Source: Candidatus Beckwithbacteria bacterium GW2011_GWC1_49_16
Lineage (GTDB): Bacteria; Patescibacteriota; Microgenomatia; UBA1400; CG1-02-47-37
DNA: 64,000 nt
Direction: 5' to 3'
Assembly: GCA_001029675.1 (NCBI GenBank)
Contig: CP011210.1
Coordinates: 256,193-320,192 of the forward strand
Under the pieces are notes generated by a model. It did not search any database. It saw only the letters and a program-made list of their open reading frames with translations, and was not told the origin of the DNA. The position numbers and the translations under genes are program-made. Positions 1 to 8,537 of the stretch are shown in pieces (position 1 is the first letter of the stretch; the number at the start of each line of letters is the position of its first letter).

Positions 1-130
1 GTCGGCCAAACGACTTTTTTTAATTCCGTCAAAGACTCTTTGACGAAACGTTGAGGCGCTGATTGTACCATACTTTAACACGTATGGTACCACAGAAAGG
101 TGAGCGCGTGGTATACTTAAAGTCCTAGAT

Positions 131-1027
131 ATGGCAGGAGGCAAGAAAATCTCCAAGGCGGTAATCGCGGTAGCTGGCTACGGCACCAGGTTTTTGCCGG
201 CGACTAAGAATCAACCCAAGGAAATGCTGCCGATCATCGACAAGCCGATCGTCCAGTATTTGGTAGAAGAGTGTGTTGAATCAGGGATTGAAAACATCAT
301 CATGGTGACGCGGTTTGGCCAGAGCGTTTTGGAAAACCATTTTGATTCCAATATCGAACTGGAGCAGCAGCTTCGGGCCAACGGCAAGCTTAGCTTACTC
401 AAAAAAGTCCAGAGGGTGAGCCAAATGGCTAACATTGTCTATGTGAGGCAAAGGAAGCACTTTCCTTATGGCAACGGCACACCGCTTCTGGCGGCCAAAG
501 ATTTGATTGACGAAAACGAAGCCTTTGTGTTTATGTGGGGGGACGACTTGGTCAAAGCAAAAGTGCCGGCCACCAAGCAGATTATTCAGGTGTGGGAGAA
601 AGAGGCCGGCGCTTTGGTGATGGCGGCCCAAGAAGTGCCGGCAGACGAGGTGGACCGCTACGGGATTGTTAAACTCAAAAAGGGCAGCGAGAATCAAGTA
701 GAGGCGTTGGTAGAAAAGCCGGAGCCCGACAAGAGTCCGTCGAGGCTGGCCCAATACGGCCGGTTTGTTTTAGACAGAAGAATCATCGACATTTTGTGGG
801 AGAATTTTGAAAAAAAGAGCTTGGGTAAAGGCGGGGAATTGTGGTTGACCGATGCGATCGAGCAGTTTATAAGAGGCGGTGGTAAGGTGGTAGTGGCGGA
901 GGTTGCCGGTAAGTGGATGACAACGGGAGATCCGCTTCGGTACATGCAAACCCAAGTGGAGTTTGCTTTGGAGAGAGAAGATTTAGGGAAAGACTTTAGG
1001 AATTATTTAAAGTCTTTAAGGCTGTAG
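131..1027 (+). CDS. galU: UTP--glucose-1-phosphate uridylyltransferase (sugar nucleotidyltransferase)
   Basis: N-terminal AVAGYGTRFLPATKxxPKEMLP motif typical of GalU-type nucleotidyltransferases; 298 aa. Confidence 0.8.
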   Translation: MAGGKKISKAVIAVAGYGTRFLPATKNQPKEMLPIIDKPIVQYLVEECVESGIENIIMVTRFGQSVLENHFDSNIELEQQLRANGKLSLLKKVQRVSQMANIVYVRQRKHFPYGNGTPLLAAKDLIDENEAFVFMWGDDLVKAKVPATKQIIQVWEKEAGALVMAAQEVPADEVDRYGIVKLKKGSENQVEALVEKPEPDKSPSRLAQYGRFVLDRRIIDILWENFEKKSLGKGGELWLTDAIEQFIRGGGKVVVAEVAGKWMTTGDPLRYMQTQVEFALEREDLGKDFRNYLKSLRL

Positions 1028-1226
1028 TTTAGCCAATGCGTCAGGGTAAAATTGTTTCTCAACTTTCACAGATTATCTTGTCAATTGAGGCCGTTTCATC
1101 ACAGAGTCTGTCTTGGAGCTTGGATACCTGTCACGCGTGGGCGGCGGGTTACTCTTTGGGTAATCTTGGGAAGTCGTTGATAGGGAATGATATAGTTAAA
1201 GGGTTAAAGATGGCAAAAATACTAGA

Positions 1227-2222
1227 ATGAATGGTTGGTTTAAACGGCATTGGTGGTGGGTGTTGATTTTACTAGCGGTTATTGGAGCGACTTGGTGGGT
1301 GAGAACTGACAAACAAGTGTTTTTGAGCCCGGAGGCGCCGTATGTTTTGCTAGAAAAACCTTTGGAAAAATACAGCTTTGCCAATTTGCGCCAAGCCTCA
1401 TTTACCGGCAGCGAGATCAAGCTGGAGCGGGTGTTGGCGGAGGAAGCCGGTTACACCAGTTGGATGTTTGTCTATGACGCAGATGGGGGGAAAATCAGCG
1501 GCCAGGTAAATATTCCTAAAGGAGAGCCGCCGGCTGGCGGTCGGCCGGTGATTGTGATGTTGCGGGGTTACGTCGATCAAGAGATTTATGAAATAGGAGT
1601 GGGAACGAGTCGGGTGGCGGCAGTTTTGGCCGCCAACGGCTTTATCACTTTGGCGCCGGATTTTTTGGGCTACGGCGAGTCGGATCTGCCGCCGAATAAT
1701 ACTTTACAGGAACGATTTATGCGGCCGGGGCAAGTGATTCAACTAATTGAATCGGTAAAAAGCTTGCCGCAGGCTGACCCTGACAGGGTGGGAATTTGGG
1801 GGCACTCCAACGGAGGCCAAATTGCTCTTTCGGTTTTGGAAATAACCGGCAAAGACTATCCGGCGGTTTTGTGGGCGCCGGTATCAAAGCCTTTCCCTTA
1901 CTCGATTCTTTACTACACCGATGAGTTTGACGACTACGGCCGGGCTTTGCGCCAGGTGGTGGCCGGGTTTGAAGCAGTCTACAACGCCGACGACTACTCG
2001 ATTCACCGCTACTATGACTGGATTTCTGCCCCGACTCAAATCCATCAGGGCACCAGTGATGACGCCGTGCCCTATGAGTGGAGCCAGGAGCTCAACGATC
2101 GGCTGGAAGCTCTGGACAAAGAAGTGGAGTTTTACACCTACCCGGGAGCGGATCATAACTTGCTGCCGGCGTGGGATACGGCAGTTAGTAGGAGTATGGA
2201 GTGGTTCGCCGCGAGACTATAG
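1227..2222 (+). CDS. membrane-anchored alpha/beta hydrolase (S9 peptidase / dienelactone hydrolase-like)
   Basis: N-terminal TM helix; GHSNGG nucleophile elbow (GxSxG); GADHNL near C-terminus. Confidence 0.55.
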   Translation: MNGWFKRHWWWVLILLAVIGATWWVRTDKQVFLSPEAPYVLLEKPLEKYSFANLRQASFTGSEIKLERVLAEEAGYTSWMFVYDADGGKISGQVNIPKGEPPAGGRPVIVMLRGYVDQEIYEIGVGTSRVAAVLAANGFITLAPDFLGYGESDLPPNNTLQERFMRPGQVIQLIESVKSLPQADPDRVGIWGHSNGGQIALSVLEITGKDYPAVLWAPVSKPFPYSILYYTDEFDDYGRALRQVVAGFEAVYNADDYSIHRYYDWISAPTQIHQGTSDDAVPYEWSQELNDRLEALDKEVEFYTYPGADHNLLPAWDTAVSRSMEWFAARL

Positions 2223-2229
2223 GTTAATC

Positions 2230-2238
2230 TGGTATAAT
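2230..2238 (+). promoter_or_regulatory. extended -10 element (TGgTATAAT) about 8 nt upstream of the rpoD ATG; leaderless-like geometry
   Basis: TGnTATAAT at 2230-2238 and ATG at 2247, read directly from the sequence. Confidence 0.3.
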
Positions 2239-2246
2239 CGGGGCTT

Positions 2247-3842
2247 ATGATGGCGGAGATGGAAAACAAACCGGTGAGTCAGGAGTTAGGCGCTGAAGGC
2301 GGTGCCAACTTGACGCCGCTTGAGAGCCTGATCGAGATTGGCAGAGAAGGCGGTCTGGTGACTTTTAATGATGTTTTAAGTTTTTTCCCCGACGTCGACG
2401 AACCCGGGGATTTTGATCGAGTATTGGATTCTCTACAGACAGCAGGGATATTGGTGGTTGAGGAAGAAGTTGAGTCGGAGCCAACGGATGAGGATTTGGC
2501 CGATAACGAACTGACCCGTCTAAGTAGCGGGACAGATTTAAAGCATCTTAATTCAGATGATATCGTGGGAACGTATCTTAGAGAAGTGAGCCGAGTGCCT
2601 TTGTTGACCGGCAAAGAGGAGGTTAATTTAGCCAAAAGGATTGAAAAAGGCAGGCAGGCGAGAGAAGAAGTGGCAGAGGGAGATTATGAGGCGGAAGAGT
2701 TGGGGAGGTTTCGGGAAATCATAGACAGTGGTGATGAGGCCTTTAAGCATTTAGTGGCTGCCAATGGGCGTTTGGTAGTCAGCGTGGCTAAAAAATACAT
2801 GGGGCGCGGCGTGCCTATTGAGGATTTAATCCAAGAAGGCAACATTGGCCTAATCAGGGCGGCTAAAAAGTTCGACTATCGTCGGGGTCATAAGTTTAGC
2901 ACTTACGCCACTTGGTGGATTCGGCAGGCTATCACTCGGGGGATTGCTGATCAGGGCAGGACGATCAGAGTTCCGGTTCATATGGGAGATAGTATTAACA
3001 AGATGCTTAAAGTGCAGCATCAGTTAGTCCAGAAACTTGGTCGAGAACCAACTAATGAAGAGGTGGCGGCGGAGCTTGATAAGACTAAGACGAGTAAAGC
3101 ACCGATTACGGCTAGTAAGGTAAAAATGATGAAGCAAGTTGCCAGAAGGCCGTTGTCTTTGGAGCAGCCGACCGGAGATGTTGAGGATGATTCGGTGTTG
3201 GGAGACTTTGTTGAGGATAAGACTGAACTACCGCCAGATGAAACTGCGGCAAACAACTTACTCAATGAACATTTGGCGGAGGTGATGGCAGATTTGCCGC
3301 CAAGAGAACAGCGGGTGTTGGAGTTAAGGTACGGCTTGGCGGACGGAATGGCTTACACTTTGGAAGAGGTCGGCAGAAAAATGGGTGTAACTAGAGAGAG
3401 GGTGAGGCAAATCGAGGCTCAGGCGTTATCGAGAATGAGACACCCGATGGTGAGAAAGAGGTTAAGAGAGTATTTGTCTGAAGATACATTTGAATATTTT
3501 AAGAAACCAAGTCTTGAGCGAGCGAGAGCGTCAAGAGAAAACATATTTAAGACTGGCAGTTTTGATAGCTACTATCTTAGTCTTTCCGGGAGAAAAAACC
3601 CGATGGTGGTAAGCAGCTTAGATCGATTGGGGGGCATAAGTTTGAGCGAAATTAATAAAACTCTTCTGGGATTTTTAAATTTTGAAAGAAGGGTGCTGAA
3701 AAAAGCTTTGGGAATAGAATTGGAAAGGGGTTTTGTTTATTCGGTGCCAGGGATTATGAAAGAGACCGGGTTATCGCGGTACGCGATTGAAGGAATTATT
3801 TCCAGGGGTTTGGCTGAAATAATGGCGAGATATAAAGGGTAG
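2247..3842 (+). CDS. rpoD: RNA polymerase sigma-70 factor RpoD carrying an extra C-terminal extension of about 120 aa
   Basis: Regions 1.2, 2 (YATWWIRQAITR), 3 and 4 (LEEVGRKMGVTRERVRQIEAQAL) are present. The ORF continues about 120 aa past the normal end and includes an HTH-like stretch (GIMKETGLSRYAIEGII). Confidence 0.85.
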   Translation: MMAEMENKPVSQELGAEGGANLTPLESLIEIGREGGLVTFNDVLSFFPDVDEPGDFDRVLDSLQTAGILVVEEEVESEPTDEDLADNELTRLSSGTDLKHLNSDDIVGTYLREVSRVPLLTGKEEVNLAKRIEKGRQAREEVAEGDYEAEELGRFREIIDSGDEAFKHLVAANGRLVVSVAKKYMGRGVPIEDLIQEGNIGLIRAAKKFDYRRGHKFSTYATWWIRQAITRGIADQGRTIRVPVHMGDSINKMLKVQHQLVQKLGREPTNEEVAAELDKTKTSKAPITASKVKMMKQVARRPLSLEQPTGDVEDDSVLGDFVEDKTELPPDETAANNLLNEHLAEVMADLPPREQRVLELRYGLADGMAYTLEEVGRKMGVTRERVRQIEAQALSRMRHPMVRKRLREYLSEDTFEYFKKPSLERARASRENIFKTGSFDSYYLSLSGRKNPMVVSSLDRLGGISLSEINKTLLGFLNFERRVLKKALGIELERGFVYSVPGIMKETGLSRYAIEGIISRGLAEIMARYKG

Positions 3843-3843
3843 T

Positions 3844-3852
3844 TGCTATAAT
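3844..3852 (+). promoter_or_regulatory. extended -10 element (TGcTATAAT) 8 nt upstream of the ATG at 3861
   Basis: Same geometry as the rpoD upstream element; overlaps the rpoD stop codon. Confidence 0.3.
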
Positions 3853-3860
3853 GATCTTTA

Positions 3861-5177
3861 ATGCCTACCGATAAGCACGAGTTGCCTCCGGAAAGTTTGG
3901 ATTTGAAACAAGCGCTTCACGAAGAGCGGCATATGCTCGAGGACGTCGAGACACCAGTGGTGACGGTATCAGCCACTTACCGCAAAGAGCTGGCGTATAA
4001 ATATCAGACTTTGGTTCACGCCGCGTCTGACGTGGTTTTCTCCCGGGCCCACTACTCGATGGCCGAGGCGGTGGTGCGGGCGTCGACTCTTTTAGGAAGA
4101 GCGGCCCACATGGCGGATCCGACTAACTTTGTTTCGCACCGCGATTGGCAAAAGGTTCAGTTTACCGAAAAAGTGGGGCAACTGATGGCCCGGTCAAAGA
4201 TACTCAAGTGGGTTAAAGACAAAGTCGACACCGTGGCTAGAAATCAACTGCCGATCAACCAAGCGATTACCCCGCCTTTAATTTACCTTACCGGCAGAGT
4301 CCGTTGTCCGGTGGTGTCGCTACACTATGAAGTGGGCAATATTTTGGTTGAAAACGGCCGGGAGGTAGTTCAGGTGGTGACCGACCCGCACGTTAGGCCG
4401 CAGTATTTAACCTGCCTGCCTTCAGACAAAATTACCTACTGTGTTTTTGACGAGAGGACTAAAAAGGATTTATTAAAGCAGGCCAGAAAGATGGGGAAAA
4501 ATATCAAGCGGGGGCAGGTGGCAGTCACCGGGCCGCCGGTAGACCCGAGAATTGTCAGATTGGGTAGAAGCGTTAAAGATCTTGGTAAAAACGAGATGGT
4601 CAATTTGGCGGTGGCGACGGGAGGTTTAGGGACGAACATGGACGAAATCAGGCAAATTTTGGACCAGCTGGTGCCGCTTCTTAAGCCTCCGGCTAAAATT
4701 AGGCTGTTCTTGTACGCCGGAACGCATCGGGACTTTAGGGCTTTGTTTGAGGACTATGCCGAGGACAACGGGGTGAGGATCGGTAACCTGGACGATGAGC
4801 TGGCACCAATAAGGATTCTTTACGAGGACTCGATAATTGATGCCAACAACAACCTGATCCGTTACATGTTTCCTTGGGCTCACGGAGTGGTGACCAAGCC
4901 GTCGGGAGACATGGCTTACGACGCGGCCGCGGCCGGGTGCTTTTTACTCTTTTTGAAGCCTTGGGGAGAGTGGGAAGAAAACATTCAAAAGCGGTTTGTC
5001 AAACGCCGCGTGGGTTATGATTTTCCGCCGGAAGATGCTTTGGAACATTTTAAAAGTTTGTGGTCGAGGGGGTTACTTAATAGCGCCATGAGCCGGGCGC
5101 GCCGGCTGCCCAAAATTTTCCGCGAAGGCGCCAAAAACATCGTTAGGGTGCATCAAGGTAAGCCGTGCCGGGTGTAG
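3861..5177 (+). CDS. glycosyltransferase, GT28 / MurG-UgtP-like C-terminal domain (tentative)
   Basis: AVATGGLGTN and AHGVVTKPSGDMAYDAAAAGCFLLF resemble the nucleotide-sugar binding half of MurG / MGDG synthase family enzymes. Confidence 0.4.
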   Translation: MPTDKHELPPESLDLKQALHEERHMLEDVETPVVTVSATYRKELAYKYQTLVHAASDVVFSRAHYSMAEAVVRASTLLGRAAHMADPTNFVSHRDWQKVQFTEKVGQLMARSKILKWVKDKVDTVARNQLPINQAITPPLIYLTGRVRCPVVSLHYEVGNILVENGREVVQVVTDPHVRPQYLTCLPSDKITYCVFDERTKKDLLKQARKMGKNIKRGQVAVTGPPVDPRIVRLGRSVKDLGKNEMVNLAVATGGLGTNMDEIRQILDQLVPLLKPPAKIRLFLYAGTHRDFRALFEDYAEDNGVRIGNLDDELAPIRILYEDSIIDANNNLIRYMFPWAHGVVTKPSGDMAYDAAAAGCFLLFLKPWGEWEENIQKRFVKRRVGYDFPPEDALEHFKSLWSRGLLNSAMSRARRLPKIFREGAKNIVRVHQGKPCRV

Positions 5178-5179
5178 AG

Positions 5180-5250
5180 CAGGGGCGGCAGGAGTCGAAC
5201 CTACAGTCCGGGTTTTGGAGACCCGTGGTTTGCCATTAACCGACGCCCCT
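5180..5250 (-). tRNA. tRNA-Trp (anticodon CCA)
   Basis: Reverse complement folds as a cloverleaf. Acceptor AGGGGCG pairs with CGCCCCT. Anticodon loop is CUCCAAA. T-loop is GGTTCGACTCC. Confidence 0.85.
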
Positions 5251-5337
5251 ATGAGGCTATTTTAACACGAAGTGGGTTTCGAGCCAGCCACCTATTGACA
5301 AGCGCATTTATTTTCGGGTATTGTTTGTATAGAGGAT

Positions 5338-6111
5338 TTGAGTATGAGGTGGGATAAAGTTATAGTTCACAAAGCTAGGAAATTAAGAACAGGAGGAAGA
5401 ACCTATTCAGAAATAAATGCTCAGCTGGGAGTTAATGTGCCGAAATCTACTTATAACTTTTGGTTTAAAGACTTAATTTTGCCAGAGTCGTACTACAAAA
5501 GAATTGAGAAGTTAAATAAGAAAAATTTTAGTAAGGCGATTCGGGCGGCTCAAAAGATAAACAGGGAAAAATTGATGGCCAGGATTGATAGGCTTAGGGG
5601 TAAAAATAAACACTTGGTTGGTAGAATTGACAAGCAAACAGGAAAATTGCTTTTGGCAATGTTGTATCTGTGTGAAGGGAATAAGTATCCTTCCCATCAG
5701 GCTCTGCGGTTTGGCAGTTCCCATCCGGCAATGTTGAGATTGTTCATTGCTTTATTAAGGAGTTGCTTTAGGCTTGATGAAAATAAAATTAGAGGAGAGT
5801 TGCAATGCCGGGCCGACCAAGATACAAGAAAGCTGCAAAAATTTTGGAGTAAGGTAACAGGAATTTCCTTAAGTAGATTCTATCCAGCAAGAATTGATAA
5901 AAGGACAATAAATAAGCCGACAAAAAAGAGAGATTACAAGGGAGTTTTTGTTGTCAATTACTTTGACGTAGAAGTACAACTTGAGTTACAATTACTGGGT
6001 GAGTATTTAGGAGAAGAAGGGCCCGTAGCTCAGTTGGTAGAGCGCCTGCATGGCATGCAGGAGGTTTCAGGGGTTCGAGCCCCCTCGGGTCCACAGTTTA
6101 CTTCAACTTAG
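5338..6111 (+). CDS. HTH-domain protein with a LAGLIDADG-like motif (putative homing-endonuclease-like). The ORF runs in-frame through tRNA-Ala
   Basis: N-terminal HTH (RTYSEINAQLGVNVPKSTY). LLAMLYLCEGNKY resembles a single LAGLIDADG motif with an acidic residue plus Gly. No stop codon before the tRNA, so the last 30 codons are tRNA sequence. Confidence 0.35.
   Translation: MSMRWDKVIVHKARKLRTGGRTYSEINAQLGVNVPKSTYNFWFKDLILPESYYKRIEKLNKKNFSKAIRAAQKINREKLMARIDRLRGKNKHLVGRIDKQTGKLLLAMLYLCEGNKYPSHQALRFGSSHPAMLRLFIALLRSCFRLDENKIRGELQCRADQDTRKLQKFWSKVTGISLSRFYPARIDKRTINKPTKKRDYKGVFVVNYFDVEVQLELQLLGEYLGEEGPVAQLVERLHGMQEVSGVRAPSGPQFTST
6019..6093 (+). tRNA. tRNA-Ala (anticodon GGC)
   Basis: GGGCCCGTAGCTCAGTTGGTAGAGCGCCTGCATGGCATGCAGGAGGTTTCAGGGGTTCGAGCCCCCTCGGGTCCA; G3:U70 identity pair present; anticodon loop AUGGCAU. 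Confidence 0.85.
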
Positions 6112-6271
6112 TGGTTTCTTTGTGCAAGGTGTGCTGGCGGCAAACCTTGCAGTATTTTTTTAAAGATAGCTTTTCGGTAGTGGTGGTGCGGTTCTTTTGG
6201 GAAATGTAGTTTTGGGAACCGCAGACAGAGCACTTAAAAGCGATTAAAATTCTTGGTCCTTTTTTAGCCAT
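6098..6271 (-). CDS. rpmG: 50S ribosomal protein L33
   Basis: Hand translation gives MAKKGPRILIAFKCSVCGSQNYISQKNRTTTTEKLSLKKYCKVCRQHTLHKETTKLK, with the Cys4 zinc-ribbon pattern of L33. It is below the 60-aa cutoff of the ORF track. Confidence 0.85.
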   Translation of the reverse strand: MAKKGPRILIAFKCSVCGSQNYISQKNRTTTTEKLSLKKYCKVCRQHTLHKETTKLK

Positions 6272-6361
6272 ACTTCGACTCCTTCCAGTCGCTCAGTACA
6301 AGTAATATTCAGAGGCCAATTGTAACAGATTGGTTTGTACTGAGCAATTTAATGCGAAGTG

Positions 6362-6434
6362 AGCCGAGACCGGGAATCGAACCCGGGACCTCGAACTTAC
6401 CATGTTCGCGCTCTACCGACTGAGCTATCTCGGC
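6362..6434 (-). tRNA. tRNA-Thr (anticodon GGU)
   Basis: Reverse complement is GCCGAGATAGCTCAGTCGGTAGAGCGCGAACATGGTAAGTTCGAGGTCCCGGGTTCGATTCCCGGTCTCGGCT. Anticodon stem is CGAAC/GTTCG and the loop is AUGGUAA. Confidence 0.8.
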
Positions 6435-6474
6435 ACCTCGCTGCGCTCGGTGTAAACACAGCAACGAAGGTATT

Positions 6475-7134
6475 TTACGCCAGCCGTCTAACTTTTTCCA
6501 GCACTGCCTGCCAGTTTTTACAGGGAACGATGTTGATATCCGAGCGGGGGGCCTGGTCGGGGTAGTCGTAAAGGAACAGAACTCCTTGATAGTTTTTAGA
6601 CAAATCTTTAGCTAGCTGGGGGTGGTCGTCGACCATACCGATTACCTGGGGGTAAAGGTATTCTAAGACTTTGGCTTTCCAGGAGAGGCTTTCCGGGAGT
6701 TTAACTCCGGGGGTGCGGTAGGCGACTTCGGCTTGGGGAAAGCCGTATTTTTTGAGCCAGACTCGGGTGCCGGGCATGACCGACTTGGACCGGGCGGTAA
6801 GATAAACCACCACCGGGATAATTTGGTGAATTTGGTTGACGATGTGGTTGGCGTTTTTGATTAAGGGAAAATCGCGATGGAGTCTGTCGTCGTGGCGGAC
6901 TTGCTTTTCCCAGGCGCGAACCTCTTTGCCGCTCCAGTAGGGAGCATAGTAGGAGTAGCGGTATTTTTGTTGTACTTCTTCCACGCTCAAACCTTCGGGG
7001 TTGCCGAATTTTTCCATCAAACCTTTGATCCAAAAGTCACCGGTGCGGGCCAAGGTGTCGTCAACGTCGACGGCTAAACCCTTGAGTTTCTTTTTCTTGA
7101 GCTTGGCTTTAAGGTCTTTGATAAATGGGTGCAT
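6475..7134 (-). CDS. HAD-superfamily hydrolase
   Basis: DVDDTL (DxDxT motif I) near the N-terminus; 219 aa. Confidence 0.6.
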   Translation of the reverse strand: MHPFIKDLKAKLKKKKLKGLAVDVDDTLARTGDFWIKGLMEKFGNPEGLSVEEVQQKYRYSYYAPYWSGKEVRAWEKQVRHDDRLHRDFPLIKNANHIVNQIHQIIPVVVYLTARSKSVMPGTRVWLKKYGFPQAEVAYRTPGVKLPESLSWKAKVLEYLYPQVIGMVDDHPQLAKDLSKNYQGVLFLYDYPDQAPRSDINIVPCKNWQAVLEKVRRLA

Positions 7135-7780
7135 AGTTTAATGATTATAGCAACTTGTGATAAATTATCCTCTATGACGATAATAGAACGGGAAAGGGCG
7201 GGTGTGGCTCCAAGACTTGATGAGGCCCAAGGTTTGATAGTCGAGCTTAGTCAACGGTTGGAAACAGGGCTGGCGTTTTTGCTGGTTGATGGTCCGGTGG
7301 CCAGCGGTAAGACAGAGTTGGTTAAGGGGTTGAAGAGCGAATTTAATGGTCTTATGGGTGGGGTCGAGCCCACAGTAATTGAGGTTGACTGGGCAGTGCA
7401 GTCGCGAGAATATAGGAGTCAACATCCAGAAAAGCTTAATCGACACCAGGCTTGGTTCAGGCTGCACCGCCATTATGGTCTTCTACATCAGTATTTAAGA
7501 GGACAAGAGAATGGGGAATTAAGCATTACTCATAAAAATTTTTACCAAGCACAAAGTCGAACCAATAACTATTATGGTGGAGGCACCTTTGGAAGACAAA
7601 GTAAGGCGAATAAGGGAGAGAGCCAGGGCAAGAAATCAGGACCCCGATGAGCAGGAGAGGCGGATGCTAGAGGTGTTTGAAAAGGATTGGCTGTCAAGGC
7701 GGGAAGAGGTGTTGGCTCTGGCTGGTGGGGTGGCAGACTCAACCGAGGGGGAGTTTTTAGTGAGAAGGAATGGGGACTGA
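7129..7780 (+). pseudogene. P-loop NTPase / nucleoside-kinase-like gene split by a +1 frameshift (ORFs 7129-7650 and 7574-7780)
   Basis: Walker A LLVDGPVASGKTELV in the first ORF. The first ORF ends in low-complexity junk while the overlapping frame 7574-7780 reads as normal protein. Confidence 0.35.
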
Positions 7781-7785
7781 GAGTG

Positions 7786-7811
7786 GTGCTGGGGCCAGGG
7801 TTCGAACCTGG
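7786..7811 (-). repeat. 26-nt duplicate of the 3' end of tRNA-Tyr (att-like direct repeat)
   Basis: gtgctggggccagggttcgaacctgg is identical to 10111-10136, which is the T-arm plus acceptor 3' strand of the intact tRNA-Tyr. Confidence 0.7.
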
Positions 7812-7831
7812 TTTGGTAGTACAATAAACTT

Positions 7832-8395
7832 ATGTTAAAGATTAAGTTATATAAAGATTTACCTGAGGAGTTGAGATCAAAATATTCTAAACTGAAGAGG
7901 GGTGTTTTTGTTGGTGAAGCTCAGGAAGAAGAAGATGAGGGAATTGAACACGAAGAGGAATATTGTAGTGAAGCAGATCTTATCTGTTATTTAATTGCTT
8001 ATGAGGATGAGGAGATAATTGGGGGCTTAGAATTATTTAAAAGGAGGATTAAGCATCTTAATCAATTGATAATTTTAGGTGGGATTGGTAGTCTTTGGGT
8101 GAGAAAAGACAAAAGAAGGAGGGGTTTAGCTACAAAACTACTAAAGAAAGTAATGGAGGAATTAAAGATAAAAGGCTGTGAGGTGGTTTATTTATGTACT
8201 GATATAGGGAAATTAAAAAGTCTATATGCCCAAGTTGGCTTTGTGCCTTTAAAAAAGAATTATACTTTTGTAGGTAGGTCTGGGAAAAGATATTTTAAAG
8301 ATGACGGTATGATTGCTTTCATAAAACCTAAGGAAACTTTAAGGAAGATAGTTAAGAGTAAAGAACCATTCGATATTGGAGTAGGTAATTGGTGA
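7832..8395 (+). CDS. GNAT family N-acetyltransferase (AT-rich, probably horizontally acquired)
   Basis: RRRGLATKLLKKVMEEL acetyl-CoA-binding motif; codon usage visibly more AT-rich than the flanks. Confidence 0.7.
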   Translation: MLKIKLYKDLPEELRSKYSKLKRGVFVGEAQEEEDEGIEHEEEYCSEADLICYLIAYEDEEIIGGLELFKRRIKHLNQLIILGGIGSLWVRKDKRRRGLATKLLKKVMEELKIKGCEVVYLCTDIGKLKSLYAQVGFVPLKKNYTFVGRSGKRYFKDDGMIAFIKPKETLRKIVKSKEPFDIGVGNW

Positions 8396-8401
8396 ATTTG
8401 A

Positions 8402-8511
8402 TTGCCGAATTTTTCCATCAAACCTTTGATCCAAAAGTCGCCGGTGCGGGCCAAGGTGTCGTCAACGTCGACCGCTAAACCTTTGAGTTTCTTTTTCTTG
8501 AGTTTGGCTTT
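8402..8511 (-). pseudogene. duplicated 5' fragment of the HAD hydrolase gene, about 95% identical to 7001-7110
   Basis: Encodes ...KLKGLAVDVDDTLARTGDFWIKGLMEKFGN but lacks the start codon, and the C-terminal part diverges. Confidence 0.7.
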
Positions 8512-8537
8512 GTAGATTCGGTTTATAGTGTTGGAAT

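Noticed and set aside
1036-1230. 64-aa ORF in the galU-hydrolase spacer
   Set aside because: No RBS and a product without features; it is probably intergenic.
6359-6565. 68-aa plus-strand ORF
   Set aside because: Lies entirely over the minus-strand tRNA-Thr(GGU) and its flank; tRNA sequence translated by chance.
7781-7815. Possible additional complete tRNA gene
   Set aside because: Only the 3' terminal 26 nt of tRNA-Tyr is present; no D-arm, anticodon arm or 5' acceptor strand can be built.
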